A stretch of 64,000 nt of DNA from Candidatus Eiseniibacteriota bacterium (GCA_041483195.1 JBGPFC010000010.1:39448-103447), one strand, 5' to 3'. Positions 37,923-47,972 are shown, counted from the first letter of the stretch. Program-made: numbers and translations. Notes: generated by a model not told the origin, from the letters alone.

Positions 37923-38956
37923 CGGATCATGCGCCCCGTCGCCTGCAGCAGGATGTTGTCTTCGCGCGTGACCCGCGAGCCGGGCGCCGGGTTCTGGTAG
38001 GCGACGGTGCCGATCGACGCAGCGGCCGGGGGCGTGAAGACGCGGAAGCCCTCCGCCTCGAGCTGGCGGCGCACCCCGCCGATCTCGCGGCCCAGCAGGT
38101 CGGGCATCACGAAGTACTCAGGGCCGGCGCCGCTCGACACCAGGATTCCGATCGGCGTGTCGCGCGGCAGCACGCTCTCCGCGCGGGGATCCGAAGCGAC
38201 CACCAGCCCCTCGCCCACTTCGTCGGACGGCGCGCGCGAGACGCCGCCCAGCTTGAGCCCCGCGCGGTCGACCAGCAGCCGCGCGCCGCGGAGCGATTCG
38301 CCGAACAGCTCGGGCACCGAGCTGAACTCCTCGCCCAGGCTCACCATCACCATCACGCGCTTCTTTCCGCGCACCGGCGTATCGGCGGGCGGATCCTGCG
38401 CGAGGATGAAACCGGTCGGCACCGAAGGATCGAACCGCTCGCCGGCTCGGGAGAGCTGCAGGCCGAGCGCCGCGAGCTGCTTCTCCGCCTGCAGCACCGT
38501 GAGGTTCGCGAGGTCGGGCACCTTGACCTCGGCCACGCTGTGAATGAGGCGTGGCATCACCATGTTGTTGAACACCACGAGCCCGGTCGCGAACGCGGTC
38601 ATCGCGAGCAGCAGGAGGGCGGCCGCGCCCGCGATCCGATGGCGTCGCGTGGTCGCGGGGTACGCCAGCTCGGTGAAAGCCGTGTCGGACTCGACCAGCA
38701 CCTCGCCGGCCGGAACTTCGGGGCCCGTCTCATCGTCGGGCGCGATGTCCTCGTCGATCGCGATCTCGTCGTCGCGACCGATCTCGTCGTCGGGCGCGAG
38801 CTCGTCGTCGAACTCGATCGCATCGCCGAATTCGGCATCGTCGCCGGCCGCGAGCTCGTCGTCGAGCGCCGCCTGTTCGTCGGGCGCCGTCGCGTCCGGG
38901 CCGGGCGCGTCGGGCGGCTCGGCTTCGCGATCGCGTCCGCCGCGCCGGCGGGTCAT
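37919..38956 (-). CDS. PASTA-domain membrane protein (three PASTA repeats, acidic N-terminus)
   Basis: TM helix followed by VPDLA, VPELFG and MPDLLG repeats; ATGA overlap with rsmB. Confidence 0.85.
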   Translation of the reverse strand: MTRRRGGRDREAEPPDAPGPDATAPDEQAALDDELAAGDDAEFGDAIEFDDELAPDDEIGRDDEIAIDEDIAPDDETGPEVPAGEVLVESDTAFTELAYPATTRRHRIAGAAALLLLAMTAFATGLVVFNNMVMPRLIHSVAEVKVPDLANLTVLQAEKQLAALGLQLSRAGERFDPSVPTGFILAQDPPADTPVRGKKRVMVMVSLGEEFSSVPELFGESLRGARLLVDRAGLKLGGVSRAPSDEVGEGLVVASDPRAESVLPRDTPIGILVSSGAGPEYFVMPDLLGREIGGVRRQLEAEGFRVFTPPAAASIGTVAYQNPAPGSRVTREDNILLQATGRMIR

Positions 38957-40716
38957 GTCTTGCGGAAGCGCGCGGCGAACGCGCCGTCGCAGCCGTGCAC
39001 GTGAGGCAGCAGCTGCATGAATCCGCTCTCGTTCACCACCGGATCCGGCAGCAGCCCGGTGGCGGATTCCAGCACGAACGAGGCGCTCTGGCGCAGGAAG
39101 CGCTCGACCACCGCGAGGGTCTCCTCCGGCTCGAACGAGCAGACGCTGTAGACCACCACGCCGCCCGGACGCGCGCGACGGCCGCCGGCGGCGAGCAGAT
39201 CGAGCTGGATCGGCGGCATCTCGCGCAGCACTTCCGGGCCCTTGCGCCACCGTGCGTCCGCCCGGCGGCCGAGCACGCCGAGACCCGAGCACGGCGCGTC
39301 GACCAGCACGCGATCGAACGGCATCGGGAAGTTGTAGGTGCGCCCGTCGCCCTGCACGACGTGCACGCTGTGCGCGCCGAGGCGATCCACGGTGGACTGG
39401 AGCGAGCTCATGCGCGCCTCCGCGCGCTCCATCGCCCACACCTCGCCCTCGTCGCCCATCAGCTCCGCGAGGTGCGTGCACTTGCCCCCCGGCGCCGCGC
39501 ACAGATCGAGGATGCGCTCGTGTGGCTGCGGCGCGACGAGGCGCCCCACCAGCGCCTCGCTCTCGTCCTGCACGGTGCACAATCCCTCGCGGAACACCGA
39601 GAGCGAGCCCGGCCCATGATGGCCATCGACCCACAGCATGTCGGGGGCGAAGCGCGCGGGCGAGGCCACAACGCCCGCCGCGGCGAGGCGCTCGATCAAC
39701 TGCTCGCGGGTTCCCCGCAGACGGTTCACGCGCAGCCCCACCGGCACCGCGCGGTTGTTCGCCAGCATCAGCGCGCGGGTGTCCTCCACGCCGAAGCGTG
39801 CGAGCCAGCGCTCGGTGAGCCAGAGCGGATGAGATCCCCAAGCTGCGAGGGTCGCCGCGTCCTCGCCTTCGGGCGGCGCGATCGTGTCCTTGCTGTCCGC
39901 GAGACGGCGCAGCACGCTGTTCACCAGGCCGGCGGTGCCGGGGTGTCCGTACTTGTGCGCGAGCTTCACCGCCTCGTCCACCGCCGCGTGCGCGGGGACC
40001 CGGTCGAGGAACAGGATCTGGTAGGCGCCCATGCGCAGGACGTTCTTGATCCACGGCTGGACCTGCGAGAGCCCGATGTGCACGAGCGGATCGAGCGTCC
40101 AGTCGATGCGGCCGCGCCAGCGCAGGGTGCCCTTGACCAGCTCGTGGAGCAGCGCCTGGTCGCGCGGATCCGGCCCGCCGCGCTCGTGGGCGCCATCCAG
40201 CATGCGATCGCTGAACGCGCTGCGCGTGTCCACCGCGTGCAGGATGCGCAACGCCGCTTCGCGCGGGTTCGATGGAAGCGGCGGCGCCTGATCCTCGTCG
40301 GGCCGCGAATCGCGCCCGCCCGCCGCGCGCGGATCGGGACGCGGCCCGCCTCCCCGCCAGTTCGGATTGCGCCCTTCGCGCGGAACCTGGCCCCCGCCGT
40401 TGCGCCCGGGCCAGCGTCCCCGGCCGCGGGCCCGCACGTCGTCGTAGATGGGTCGCGAGCGGTTGATCGCGCCCGCCTGTCCGCGCGAGGCGTCGGGCGG
40501 ATCCGATGGCAGCGGGTCGGGTGGCGCCTCTCGCCGCGCGTCGGGACGGCGCGGACGGCGCGCGCCTTCGCGGTTCGCGCGTGCCGGATCGGATGGAACG
40601 CTGGAATCGGGAGGCGTCGCGCCTTCGGCCCCGCCTTCGCGGGGCGGCGGCTGCGCGCCGGGTTCGCCGGATGGGGAACGGCGCGGACGCCGGCCGGCCG
40701 GAGGTCCTGGGCTCAC
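38953..40716 (-). CDS. rsmB: 16S rRNA m5C967 methyltransferase RsmB (start uncertain; possible long N-terminal extension)
   Basis: NusB-like domain; VQDES, DLCAAPGGK, DAPCSGLG and VYSVCS motifs; GTGA overlap with fmt. Confidence 0.9.
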   Translation of the reverse strand: MSPGPPAGRRPRRSPSGEPGAQPPPREGGAEGATPPDSSVPSDPARANREGARRPRRPDARREAPPDPLPSDPPDASRGQAGAINRSRPIYDDVRARGRGRWPGRNGGGQVPREGRNPNWRGGGPRPDPRAAGGRDSRPDEDQAPPLPSNPREAALRILHAVDTRSAFSDRMLDGAHERGGPDPRDQALLHELVKGTLRWRGRIDWTLDPLVHIGLSQVQPWIKNVLRMGAYQILFLDRVPAHAAVDEAVKLAHKYGHPGTAGLVNSVLRRLADSKDTIAPPEGEDAATLAAWGSHPLWLTERWLARFGVEDTRALMLANNRAVPVGLRVNRLRGTREQLIERLAAAGVVASPARFAPDMLWVDGHHGPGSLSVFREGLCTVQDESEALVGRLVAPQPHERILDLCAAPGGKCTHLAELMGDEGEVWAMERAEARMSSLQSTVDRLGAHSVHVVQGDGRTYNFPMPFDRVLVDAPCSGLGVLGRRADARWRKGPEVLREMPPIQLDLLAAGGRRARPGGVVVYSVCSFEPEETLAVVERFLRQSASFVLESATGLLPDPVVNESGFMQLLPHVHGCDGAFAARFRKT

Positions 40717-41657
40717 GCGTGCGCCTCCGTTTCGATCGCCAGCCGCTCGCCGCGCGCGAGGCGCGCGCCGCGCGCCCAGTCCGCCGCGCCCATCTCGTTC
40801 CGGCCTTCGGGCTTCACCCGTGTCACGAGCAGCACTCCGGGCTCGCAGGCCACCGCCACGCCGTCCTCCACCACCGCTAGCACCGTGCCGGGAGGCTCGC
40901 CGGCCGGCAGCAGATGATGCGGCCACGCGCGGGTGATGATCAGCCGGCGCCCGCGATGCGCGGTGGCGGCGCCGGGCCACGAGGTGAGCGCGCGCTGTCG
41001 GTTCCAAACCGTGACCGCGTCGAGCGACCAGCTCACGACGCCATCCTGCTTGCGCAGCTTGGGGGCGTATGATTGCGTCGCGCGATCCTGGGGCCGTCGC
41101 GGCGCGCGCCCCGCGTGCGCGAGCAACAGGCTCTCCGCCAGCAACGGCGCGCCCAGGCTCGCGAGCCGTCCCCCCAGCGCGTCGGCGTCGTCGTCGGGCT
41201 GGATCCCCACCCAGCGCTGCAGCACGCAATCGCCGGTATCGAGCCCCTCGTCCATCCACATCGTGGTGACGCCGGTGCCCGCGCAACCATCCCACAGCGC
41301 GCGCTGCACCGGCGACGCCCCGCGGTAGCGGGGCAGCAACGAGCCGTGCAGGTTGATGCATCCGAGTCGCGGCACGCGCAGCAAGTCGGCCGGGAGAATG
41401 GCGCCGAACGCGACGACCGCGAACAGATCCGCGCCGAGCGCCGCGAGCGGCTCGCGCGCCGCGCCGGAGCGCAGGTCGACGGGCTTGAGCACCGGAACGC
41501 CGAGCGTTTCCGCGGCCGCCGCCACCTCCGACGCGGAGGATTTCTGTCCGCGCCCGCGCGGGCGATCCGGCCGCGTCACCACCGCGACCACGTCGCAGCA
41601 GCCGGCCACCGCGGCGAGCGACGGCACCGCGAATCGCGGAGTGCCCATGAAGACCAC
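40713..41657 (-). CDS. fmt: Methionyl-tRNA formyltransferase
   Basis: FMGTPRFA, INLHGSLLPRYRGASP and MDEGLDTG motifs. Confidence 0.95.
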   Translation of the reverse strand: MVFMGTPRFAVPSLAAVAGCCDVVAVVTRPDRPRGRGQKSSASEVAAAAETLGVPVLKPVDLRSGAAREPLAALGADLFAVVAFGAILPADLLRVPRLGCINLHGSLLPRYRGASPVQRALWDGCAGTGVTTMWMDEGLDTGDCVLQRWVGIQPDDDADALGGRLASLGAPLLAESLLLAHAGRAPRRPQDRATQSYAPKLRKQDGVVSWSLDAVTVWNRQRALTSWPGAATAHRGRRLIITRAWPHHLLPAGEPPGTVLAVVEDGVAVACEPGVLLVTRVKPEGRNEMGAADWARGARLARGERLAIETEAHA

Positions 41658-41668
41658 GCGCGGCCGGC

Positions 41669-42226
41669 TCAGGAGGCGCCTCCCCGGCTCACGGGAGGCG
41701 CGTACCCTTCGGGCAGCTCGCCGCGCGCCAGCGAATCGAGCTGCCGTCGCAGGAACTGGCGCTTCAGCGGCGAGAGGCGATCCACGAACAGGATGCCGTC
41801 GAGGTGATCGATCTCGTGCTGGATCGCCCGGGCGAGATAGCCGTCGGCGGTGAGCTCCGCGGACCGGCCGGATTCGTCGACGAACCGAACCCGAACGCTC
41901 AGCGCGCGCGACACCTCGTCGTAGAGACCCGGAATCGAGAGGCAGCCCTCCTCGCCGCTCGCGCTGCCTGTGCGCTCGAGGATCGCGGGGTTCACGAGGG
42001 TGTGGGAGGCGACGGTCTCGCCCTCCTCGCCCTGGGGGACGCCGACCACCAGCACGCGCTGGAGCACGCCGACCTGGTTCGCCGCGAGGCCCACGCCGTG
42101 ATACGCGAGCATGGTGTCCCGCAGGTCTAAGACCAGCGAGCGCAGCGAATCGTCGAACTCCCGCACGTCCTGCGCCCGCTGGCGCAGCACCGGGTCTCCG
42201 TAGATCCTCACCGCCCGCACCGCCAT
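41669..42226 (-). CDS. def: Peptide deformylase
   Basis: GVGLAANQVG, EGCLSIP and QHEIDHL motifs. Confidence 0.97.
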   Translation of the reverse strand: MAVRAVRIYGDPVLRQRAQDVREFDDSLRSLVLDLRDTMLAYHGVGLAANQVGVLQRVLVVGVPQGEEGETVASHTLVNPAILERTGSASGEEGCLSIPGLYDEVSRALSVRVRFVDESGRSAELTADGYLARAIQHEIDHLDGILFVDRLSPLKRQFLRRQLDSLARGELPEGYAPPVSRGGAS

Positions 42227-42552
42227 TACTTCGAATCCCCCGCCATGACCTGTGCGATCGCGCTCTTCGAGAACTCCGCCTTCACGTCGTCCGCGATCTT
42301 GAGTACGACCTTGGCATCGTCGACGCCCACCACCGTGCCGAACATTCCACCCGAGGTGAGCACGCGGTCGCCCTTCTTGAGCGCATCGATCATCAGCTTC
42401 TGCTTCTTCTTCTGCTGCTGCTGGGGCCGGATGATGAGCAGGTAGAAGATCAGGAAGATGACGATGAAATAGGGCAGCTGGAGCAGCAGCGCCATGTTCG
42501 GATTCGCGGGCGGCGCGCCGCCCGCGGCCTGCGCGAAAGCATCAGTCGGCAT
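42226..42552 (-). CDS. yajC: Preprotein translocase subunit YajC
   Basis: FYLLIIRPQQ and LKKGDRVLTSGG motifs. Confidence 0.95.
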   Translation of the reverse strand: MPTDAFAQAAGGAPPANPNMALLLQLPYFIVIFLIFYLLIIRPQQQQKKKQKLMIDALKKGDRVLTSGGMFGTVVGVDDAKVVLKIADDVKAEFSKSAIAQVMAGDSK

Positions 42553-42602
42553 GGAGATCTCCTCGGGTCACTTATGTCCGCCGCGTCGTGCGGCCGGATG
42601 GA

Positions 42603-43751
42603 TCAGAGCGGCGCGAGCGCCTCGCCGCTTTGGTACTTGCTCAGGAACTCGTCGCGAAACGCCTCGTAACGCCCCGCGACGATCGCCGCCCGCGCGCGAC
42701 GCGCGAGCTGAATCATGTGGTGCACCGCGTGCACCGACGCGAGCCGCATCGCGAGCAGCTCGCCGGCCGCGAACAGGTGCCGCAGGTACGCCCGCGAGAA
42801 CCGCCGGCAGGTGTAGCACTCGCACTCCGGATCGAGCGGGCGCGGGTCGTGCGCGTACGCGGCGTTCTTCACGACCAGCCGTCCGCTCGATATGAACACC
42901 GTGCCCCGCCGCGCGTTCCGCGTCGGCAGCACGCAATCGAACATGTCCACGCCCCGCGCCACCGCCTCGATCACGTCCACCGGGTGCCCCACTCCCATCA
43001 GGTAGCGCGGCCGGTCCCTCGGAAACGTCCCGCAATCGCGCTCGACCATGTCGAGCCCCAGCGAGCGGCCCTCGCCCACCCACAGCCCGCCGATCGCGAA
43101 CCCGTCGAACGGCAGCGCCGCGAGTCGATCGAAGCAGCGCCCGCGCTCCAGGGCATCGGTGCCGCCCTGGTTGATGCCGAACAACGCCATCCCCCCGCCG
43201 CCGTCGTCGCGCAGCCGTTCGCGTGCTTCGAGCCCGCGTCGCGCCCAGTCCACCGTGCGATCCACAGCGGACCGGATGGCCTCCGCCGGCGCCGGCAACT
43301 CGACCAGCTCGTCGAGCGACATCGCGATGTCGGTGCCGAGGCCGTCCTGGATGCTGACGGCTTCCTCCGGCGTCAGCAGCCGCCTGCTGCCATCCAGGTG
43401 CGACCGAAATTCGACGCCGTGATCGGTCACCTTGCGCAGCGGCGACAGGCTCATGATCTGAAAACCGCCGCTGTCCGTCAGGATCGCGTGAGGCCAGCTC
43501 ATCAGCCGGTGCAGCCCACCCATGCGGCGCACGGTGTCCACCCCCGGGCGCAGCGAGAGATGGTAGGTGTTCGCCAGCAAGATGTCGGCGCCCGCTCCAA
43601 TCAGCTCGTCGGGCGTCAGCGTCTTCACCGATCCGGCGGTGCCGACCGGCATGAAGGCCGGCGTGAACACCTCGCCGTGACCCGTGGACATGCGCCCGGC
43701 ACGGGCCGCGGTGCGCACATCCTCTGCTTCGAGCGTGAACAAGAAGGCCAT
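42603..43751 (-). CDS. tgt: tRNA-guanine transglycosylase
   Basis: TPAFMPVGT, TDSGGFQ, PRYLMGVG, DMFDCVLPTRNAR and CECYTC motifs. Confidence 0.96.
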   Translation of the reverse strand: MAFLFTLEAEDVRTAARAGRMSTGHGEVFTPAFMPVGTAGSVKTLTPDELIGAGADILLANTYHLSLRPGVDTVRRMGGLHRLMSWPHAILTDSGGFQIMSLSPLRKVTDHGVEFRSHLDGSRRLLTPEEAVSIQDGLGTDIAMSLDELVELPAPAEAIRSAVDRTVDWARRGLEARERLRDDGGGGMALFGINQGGTDALERGRCFDRLAALPFDGFAIGGLWVGEGRSLGLDMVERDCGTFPRDRPRYLMGVGHPVDVIEAVARGVDMFDCVLPTRNARRGTVFISSGRLVVKNAAYAHDPRPLDPECECYTCRRFSRAYLRHLFAAGELLAMRLASVHAVHHMIQLARRARAAIVAGRYEAFRDEFLSKYQSGEALAPL

Positions 43752-43795
43752 CAGGGCCAGGCGGGCCTGCCGGGACTGGTAATGTTCGTCGGCTG

Positions 43796-43825
43796 AATGT
43801 AGGGGACCCGGGGCGCGAGCGTCAA
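43796..43825 (-). promoter_or_regulatory. sigma70-type promoter for the tgt operon
   Basis: TTGACG-N18-TACATT on the minus strand. Confidence 0.5.
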
Positions 43826-43951
43826 GCCGCGCGGCGCAGGCGCGGGTTGACGCCCGCCGGCCGCGCGATGCAGATTGCGCACGCGGGCCGGGCGCGTGCG
43901 CGGCTCGCCCGGTGGGGCGCGGGCGTGTACATCCGGGGTCGAGGGGTCGTG

Positions 43952-46366
43952 ATGGTCGTGCCCGCACTCATGCTCCTGTTCGCCGCGCTCCCCGCGGCGC
44001 GCGATACGGCCGCGGCGGTCGCGCCCGATTCAACGCGCGGGGCGCCGTCGCGCATCGTGCGGCGGCTCGAAGAATTCCTGGTCCGGGCGCCGCGCCTCCA
44101 CGACCCGCGTTCCTCCCAGAACGTTCGCGTGATCACGCCCGCCGCGCTGCGCGCGCTCCCGCTGGACGGACTCGCGGGCGCCGTCGCGCTCGAGCCCGGC
44201 GTCGTGGCCGTAGGCGATGCCCTCCACGTTCGCGGCGGGCGCGCGGGCGAGCTGCGCGTGGAGATCGCGGGGCTCTCGCTCGGCGAGCCGCTCCGCGAGC
44301 GGGCGCCGGAGCTGCCGTTGCTCGCGGTGGAGAGCGCGATGCTGGTGAGCGGCGGACCGGACGCCGAGTTCGGCGGCGCGCTGGGGGGCGTGCTCGCCGT
44401 GCGCACCGTGGATCCCGGACCCGCATGGAGCGGCGAGGCGCGCTGGAGCGGCGATGGGCGCCGCGACACCCACTTCGATCGCGTGAGCGCGCGGCTCGGC
44501 GGACCGCTCGGGGTGCTGGGCCTCGGCGCGGTGGCGAGCGGTGACGCGCGGCTCGACGACACCTTCATGCCGGCCCTGCGCACGGAGGGCCGGCACGACG
44601 TGCTGGGCGGGTCGTTCGGATGGCGCGCGGACGACCGAATGCTCGGCGACTTCAAGCTCGCGCCGGTCTCGGGCGGGCGCGGCGTCTCCCTCGAAGTGCT
44701 CGGAAGCCGCACGCTCGATGCGCCGTACGACCCGATGTGGTCGCTCGATGGCTGGACGATTCCCTGCGACGATCCGATGTGCATCCTCGGCCCGCATTTC
44801 AGCCCGGTGCCGCTCCCCGGCTACACGCGCTACCGCGCGGCCGACCACGCGGTGATGACCGACGAGCGGCGGATCGCGGCGATCCTCTCGCTCTCGCTCC
44901 CGCGCGGCCGCGACCGGATCAGCGCGGCGCTCGGCGTCTCACGCGCGCGCAGCATCACGTCGCTCGGGGCGCACGACGACGAGTCGTACCTCACGAAGGC
45001 GCGCGCGCCGCTGTTCGGATTCGTCGAGTCGGCCACCAGCGATCCGATCCTGGTGTACGCGGGCGACGAGCCCTATTTCCGCAAGAGCGCCGGCGACCGC
45101 TGGACGGCGCGGGCCGACTACGAGCGCTGGACGCCCCGCGGCGACCGCGGCAAGGCGGGGCTGGGCGTGACCTACGACGCGGTGCGGCTGCGCGAGCTCG
45201 ACGTGACCACGTTCAACTCGGGCCTCGACTCGTTGCGCGCCTACCGCGCGTTCGCCCCCGGCGCTTTCGCGTACGCGCAGGGCCGCTGGGTCTTCGAGGG
45301 GATGGTGCTCAACGCCGGACTGCGCGCCGAGTATTTCACCGCCGGCCCGCAGGCGGCGGAGCAGAGCTTCGGCGCGAAGGTGCCGGGCACGTGGTCGCTC
45401 TCGCCGCGAATCGGCGTCGCGTATCCGATCTCGGTGCGCGACGTGTTCTCGCTGGCGTACGCGCGCATCCAGCAGAACCCCGGCCGCGATTTTCTATACG
45501 ACGATCGCACCCGGCCGAACAACTACCGGCCGCTCGGGAATCCCGCGATCGCGCCGGCGACGGACGTCTCGTGGCAGGCGGCGGTGAAGCACCTGTTCTC
45601 GGACCGCTGGTCGATGCAGAGCGCGATCTTCGGCCGCGATTTCTACGGCGAGGTCGGCGCGCGCAACTTCGCGCCGCCTTACTCGGCGCCGTTGTTCCGG
45701 TACGAGGGCGCGGACGATGGACATGTCGACGGGTGGGAGCTGAGCATCGCGCGCGGCGCGCCGGAGGGGCCTAATCTCGAGCTGCACTACACGTGGATGG
45801 AGGCGCGCGGATCGGAATCGCTCGAGGACGGCATCCCCGCCTACCTGCGCACGGGTTTGCGGCCGGTCCCGATCGGGGATCACGCGCTCGACTGGGATCG
45901 CCGCCATTCCATCGACCTCGCGGCGTGGTGGGACGCGCCCCGGCGCTGGTCGCTCGCGTGGACCACGCGGATCGGCTCGGGGCTACCGTGGACCCCGGCC
46001 GCTCGCCGCCAGCTCGCCGCCGATCTCTCCGACGTGAACACCCTGCGCTTCAAGTGGTCGGAGTCGAGCGCGCTCGCGGCGCGCTGGACCCCTCCCCGCC
46101 TCGGCCGCGTGACGGTGGGGCTCGACGTGCGCAACGTTTTCGATCATCGTGACGAGACTCGAGCGACGGTGAACGGCTATCCGCAGCCCGCGATCAACAC
46201 CATCTACGACGACTACGGCGCGTTCCGCGCCGAGACCGGTCTGCCGGGCGGCGCGTACTGGGACGACCGCGACGGCGACGGCGTGCCGGGCTGGGTGCGC
46301 GTCCACGATCCGCGCCTGCTCGCCCCGCCGCGCACCGTGCGTCTCAGCGTGGGCGCGGCGTGGTGA
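43952..46366 (+). CDS. TonB-dependent receptor-like outer membrane protein
   Basis: Signal peptide; plug motifs LHVRGGRAGE and GGPDAEFG; LNAGLRAEYF, SPRIGVAYPIS and LDWDRRH; C-terminal PRTVRLSVGAAW. Confidence 0.85.
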   Translation: MVVPALMLLFAALPAARDTAAAVAPDSTRGAPSRIVRRLEEFLVRAPRLHDPRSSQNVRVITPAALRALPLDGLAGAVALEPGVVAVGDALHVRGGRAGELRVEIAGLSLGEPLRERAPELPLLAVESAMLVSGGPDAEFGGALGGVLAVRTVDPGPAWSGEARWSGDGRRDTHFDRVSARLGGPLGVLGLGAVASGDARLDDTFMPALRTEGRHDVLGGSFGWRADDRMLGDFKLAPVSGGRGVSLEVLGSRTLDAPYDPMWSLDGWTIPCDDPMCILGPHFSPVPLPGYTRYRAADHAVMTDERRIAAILSLSLPRGRDRISAALGVSRARSITSLGAHDDESYLTKARAPLFGFVESATSDPILVYAGDEPYFRKSAGDRWTARADYERWTPRGDRGKAGLGVTYDAVRLRELDVTTFNSGLDSLRAYRAFAPGAFAYAQGRWVFEGMVLNAGLRAEYFTAGPQAAEQSFGAKVPGTWSLSPRIGVAYPISVRDVFSLAYARIQQNPGRDFLYDDRTRPNNYRPLGNPAIAPATDVSWQAAVKHLFSDRWSMQSAIFGRDFYGEVGARNFAPPYSAPLFRYEGADDGHVDGWELSIARGAPEGPNLELHYTWMEARGSESLEDGIPAYLRTGLRPVPIGDHALDWDRRHSIDLAAWWDAPRRWSLAWTTRIGSGLPWTPAARRQLAADLSDVNTLRFKWSESSALAARWTPPRLGRVTVGLDVRNVFDHRDETRATVNGYPQPAINTIYDDYGAFRAETGLPGGAYWDDRDGDGVPGWVRVHDPRLLAPPRTVRLSVGAAW

Positions 46367-46378
46367 GGCCGCGGCGCT

Positions 46379-46825
46379 TCAGCGCTTGCCGCGTGCGGCC
46401 CTCACCTCGGCCAGCGTCGCGCGATAGATGGAATCGCGATCGCCGGAGCCGCGCACCGCGCGGGCGGCGAGCGATTCGGCCTCGATCAACGACCCGCCGC
46501 GGCGCAGCAGCGCCACCGCGAGATTGTTGAGCGCGTCGGGGTCGCCGGGACCATCGCGCAGCGCGCGGCGGTAGCAGCGCTCCGCCTCGGGCCAGCGGCC
46601 CGCCGCGGCCTCGAGGTTGCCGAGATTGACGCGCGCGCGCACCCAGCCGCGCTGCTTGTGGAGCGCCGCGCGATACTCGCGGCGCGCCAGCTCGGGCTTC
46701 CCGGACGACTCGTACGCGACGCCCAGGTCGTTGTGCTCAGCGGCCGTGAGCGGATCGTGCAGCACGACGAGGTGCGAACAACCCGCGGCGGCCGCCAGCA
46801 GCAGCAGGAAGGCGGCGCGCTTCAC
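46379..46825 (-). CDS. TPR lipoprotein
   Basis: Lipobox AAGC; HNDLGVAYE, NLGNL and ALNNLA motifs; GTGA overlap with the C39 gene. Confidence 0.85.
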   Translation of the reverse strand: MKRAAFLLLLAAAAGCSHLVVLHDPLTAAEHNDLGVAYESSGKPELARREYRAALHKQRGWVRARVNLGNLEAAAGRWPEAERCYRRALRDGPGDPDALNNLAVALLRRGGSLIEAESLAARAVRGSGDRDSIYRATLAEVRAARGKR

Positions 46826-47367
46826 GGCGAGCGCTGGCTCACGATCAGCGCGAGCGAGCCGGCCGCCTTCCAGCGCCGGAGCAGGTCGTCGCGCGGGACG
46901 CGCGCGGTGCGAGCACCGCCGTCGTTCACCAGATACTCGCGGCGATCGGGATCCCACCCCACCAGCACGCCGAAGTGGCCGCGCGCGAGCGGCGCGGGGC
47001 CCCGCCGGTAATGCAGGATCGGGGGCACGCCCGCGCGGAGAAAATCCAGCAGCGAGTCGGCCCCGGGACTCGCGATCCGCGCCGGGTATCCCGCGCCGGT
47101 CGCGCAGCGCGCGAGATCGGTGATCAGCGCCCCGCGCAGGGCCGGCGAGTACGCGCGCTCCGTGCCCGCCACCGCCGAGTCGGGCGCGCGGTAGAAGCTC
47201 AGCACCATCGCGAGCGCTGCGGGCCCGCAGCGCTCCGGCGCCTGCTCGATGACCGGCACCTCGATGCGCAGCGGCGCGGCCGCGGGCCGGGCCGGTCCGG
47301 CGCGCGCCGGGATCGCGAGGAGCGCCGCGCCCGCGAGGAGCATCCACTCAGGGCGCAGCGCGCGCAT
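46822..47367 (-). CDS. Exported C39-family cysteine peptidase (PA2778-like catalytic domain)
   Basis: VPVIEQAPERCGPAALAMVL and GHFGVLVGWD...ND motifs (Cys-His-Asp). Confidence 0.85.
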   Translation of the reverse strand: MRALRPEWMLLAGAALLAIPARAGPARPAAAPLRIEVPVIEQAPERCGPAALAMVLSFYRAPDSAVAGTERAYSPALRGALITDLARCATGAGYPARIASPGADSLLDFLRAGVPPILHYRRGPAPLARGHFGVLVGWDPDRREYLVNDGGARTARVPRDDLLRRWKAAGSLALIVSQRSP

Positions 47368-47762
47368 TACTTGATGACGACCTGCTTGTTCAGCGCCTTG
47401 AGGATCAGGATCACGAGCAGGATCACGATCAGGAGCGCGATGAGCGAATCGTCAGAGCCGCTCGGCAGGCCCTTCGAGTACGACGCCAGCGTATGGAGGT
47501 CCTGGTCCGACATCGAGGCGAGGCGCGCATCGGCCTCGGCCGGCGCGACGCCGTAGTCGCGCAGTTTCTGGACCACCACCTTGTGCTCGAGGGCGCGCTG
47601 CACCGTGAGGACATCTGCATCGCGGCTGGACGCGATCGCGGTCGTTCCGGAGACGCGCGAGGGCACGAGCCCGGCGAACGCCGGCGCCACCTGGATCGAG
47701 CACCACCAGGTCAGCGTGAACAGCGCCGTCCAGAAACCGAGCGAACGTCGAAACAGGCGCAT
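47367..47762 (-). CDS. PA2779-family protein
   Basis: Signal peptide; KLRDYGVAPAEADARLASMSDQDL...LPSG; C-terminal hydrophobic helix followed by basic residues. Confidence 0.8.
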   Translation of the reverse strand: MRLFRRSLGFWTALFTLTWWCSIQVAPAFAGLVPSRVSGTTAIASSRDADVLTVQRALEHKVVVQKLRDYGVAPAEADARLASMSDQDLHTLASYSKGLPSGSDDSLIALLIVILLVILILKALNKQVVIK

Positions 47763-47972
47763 GGGGATCCTCCGTGACTGACTCCTGGAAAGGCTTGAGC
47801 GTTCGGGCGGCCCGTTCCAGGCGCCGCGTGCGGCCAGCCTATGCGTTGGGGGCGCCGGCAGGCAAGCGTCGGAACCCGGCGGCCAGGCGGTCCCGCGGCG
47901 GCGAAGCGGCGACGCGCCCCGCGGCGCGGGGGCCGCGGGGCGCGCCGACTCACGGCGAATGGGGCGCGCCGT

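Noticed and set aside
38720..38884. CRISPR-like array
   Set aside because: A degenerate in-frame coding repeat without spacers; no cas genes or true array seen anywhere in the window
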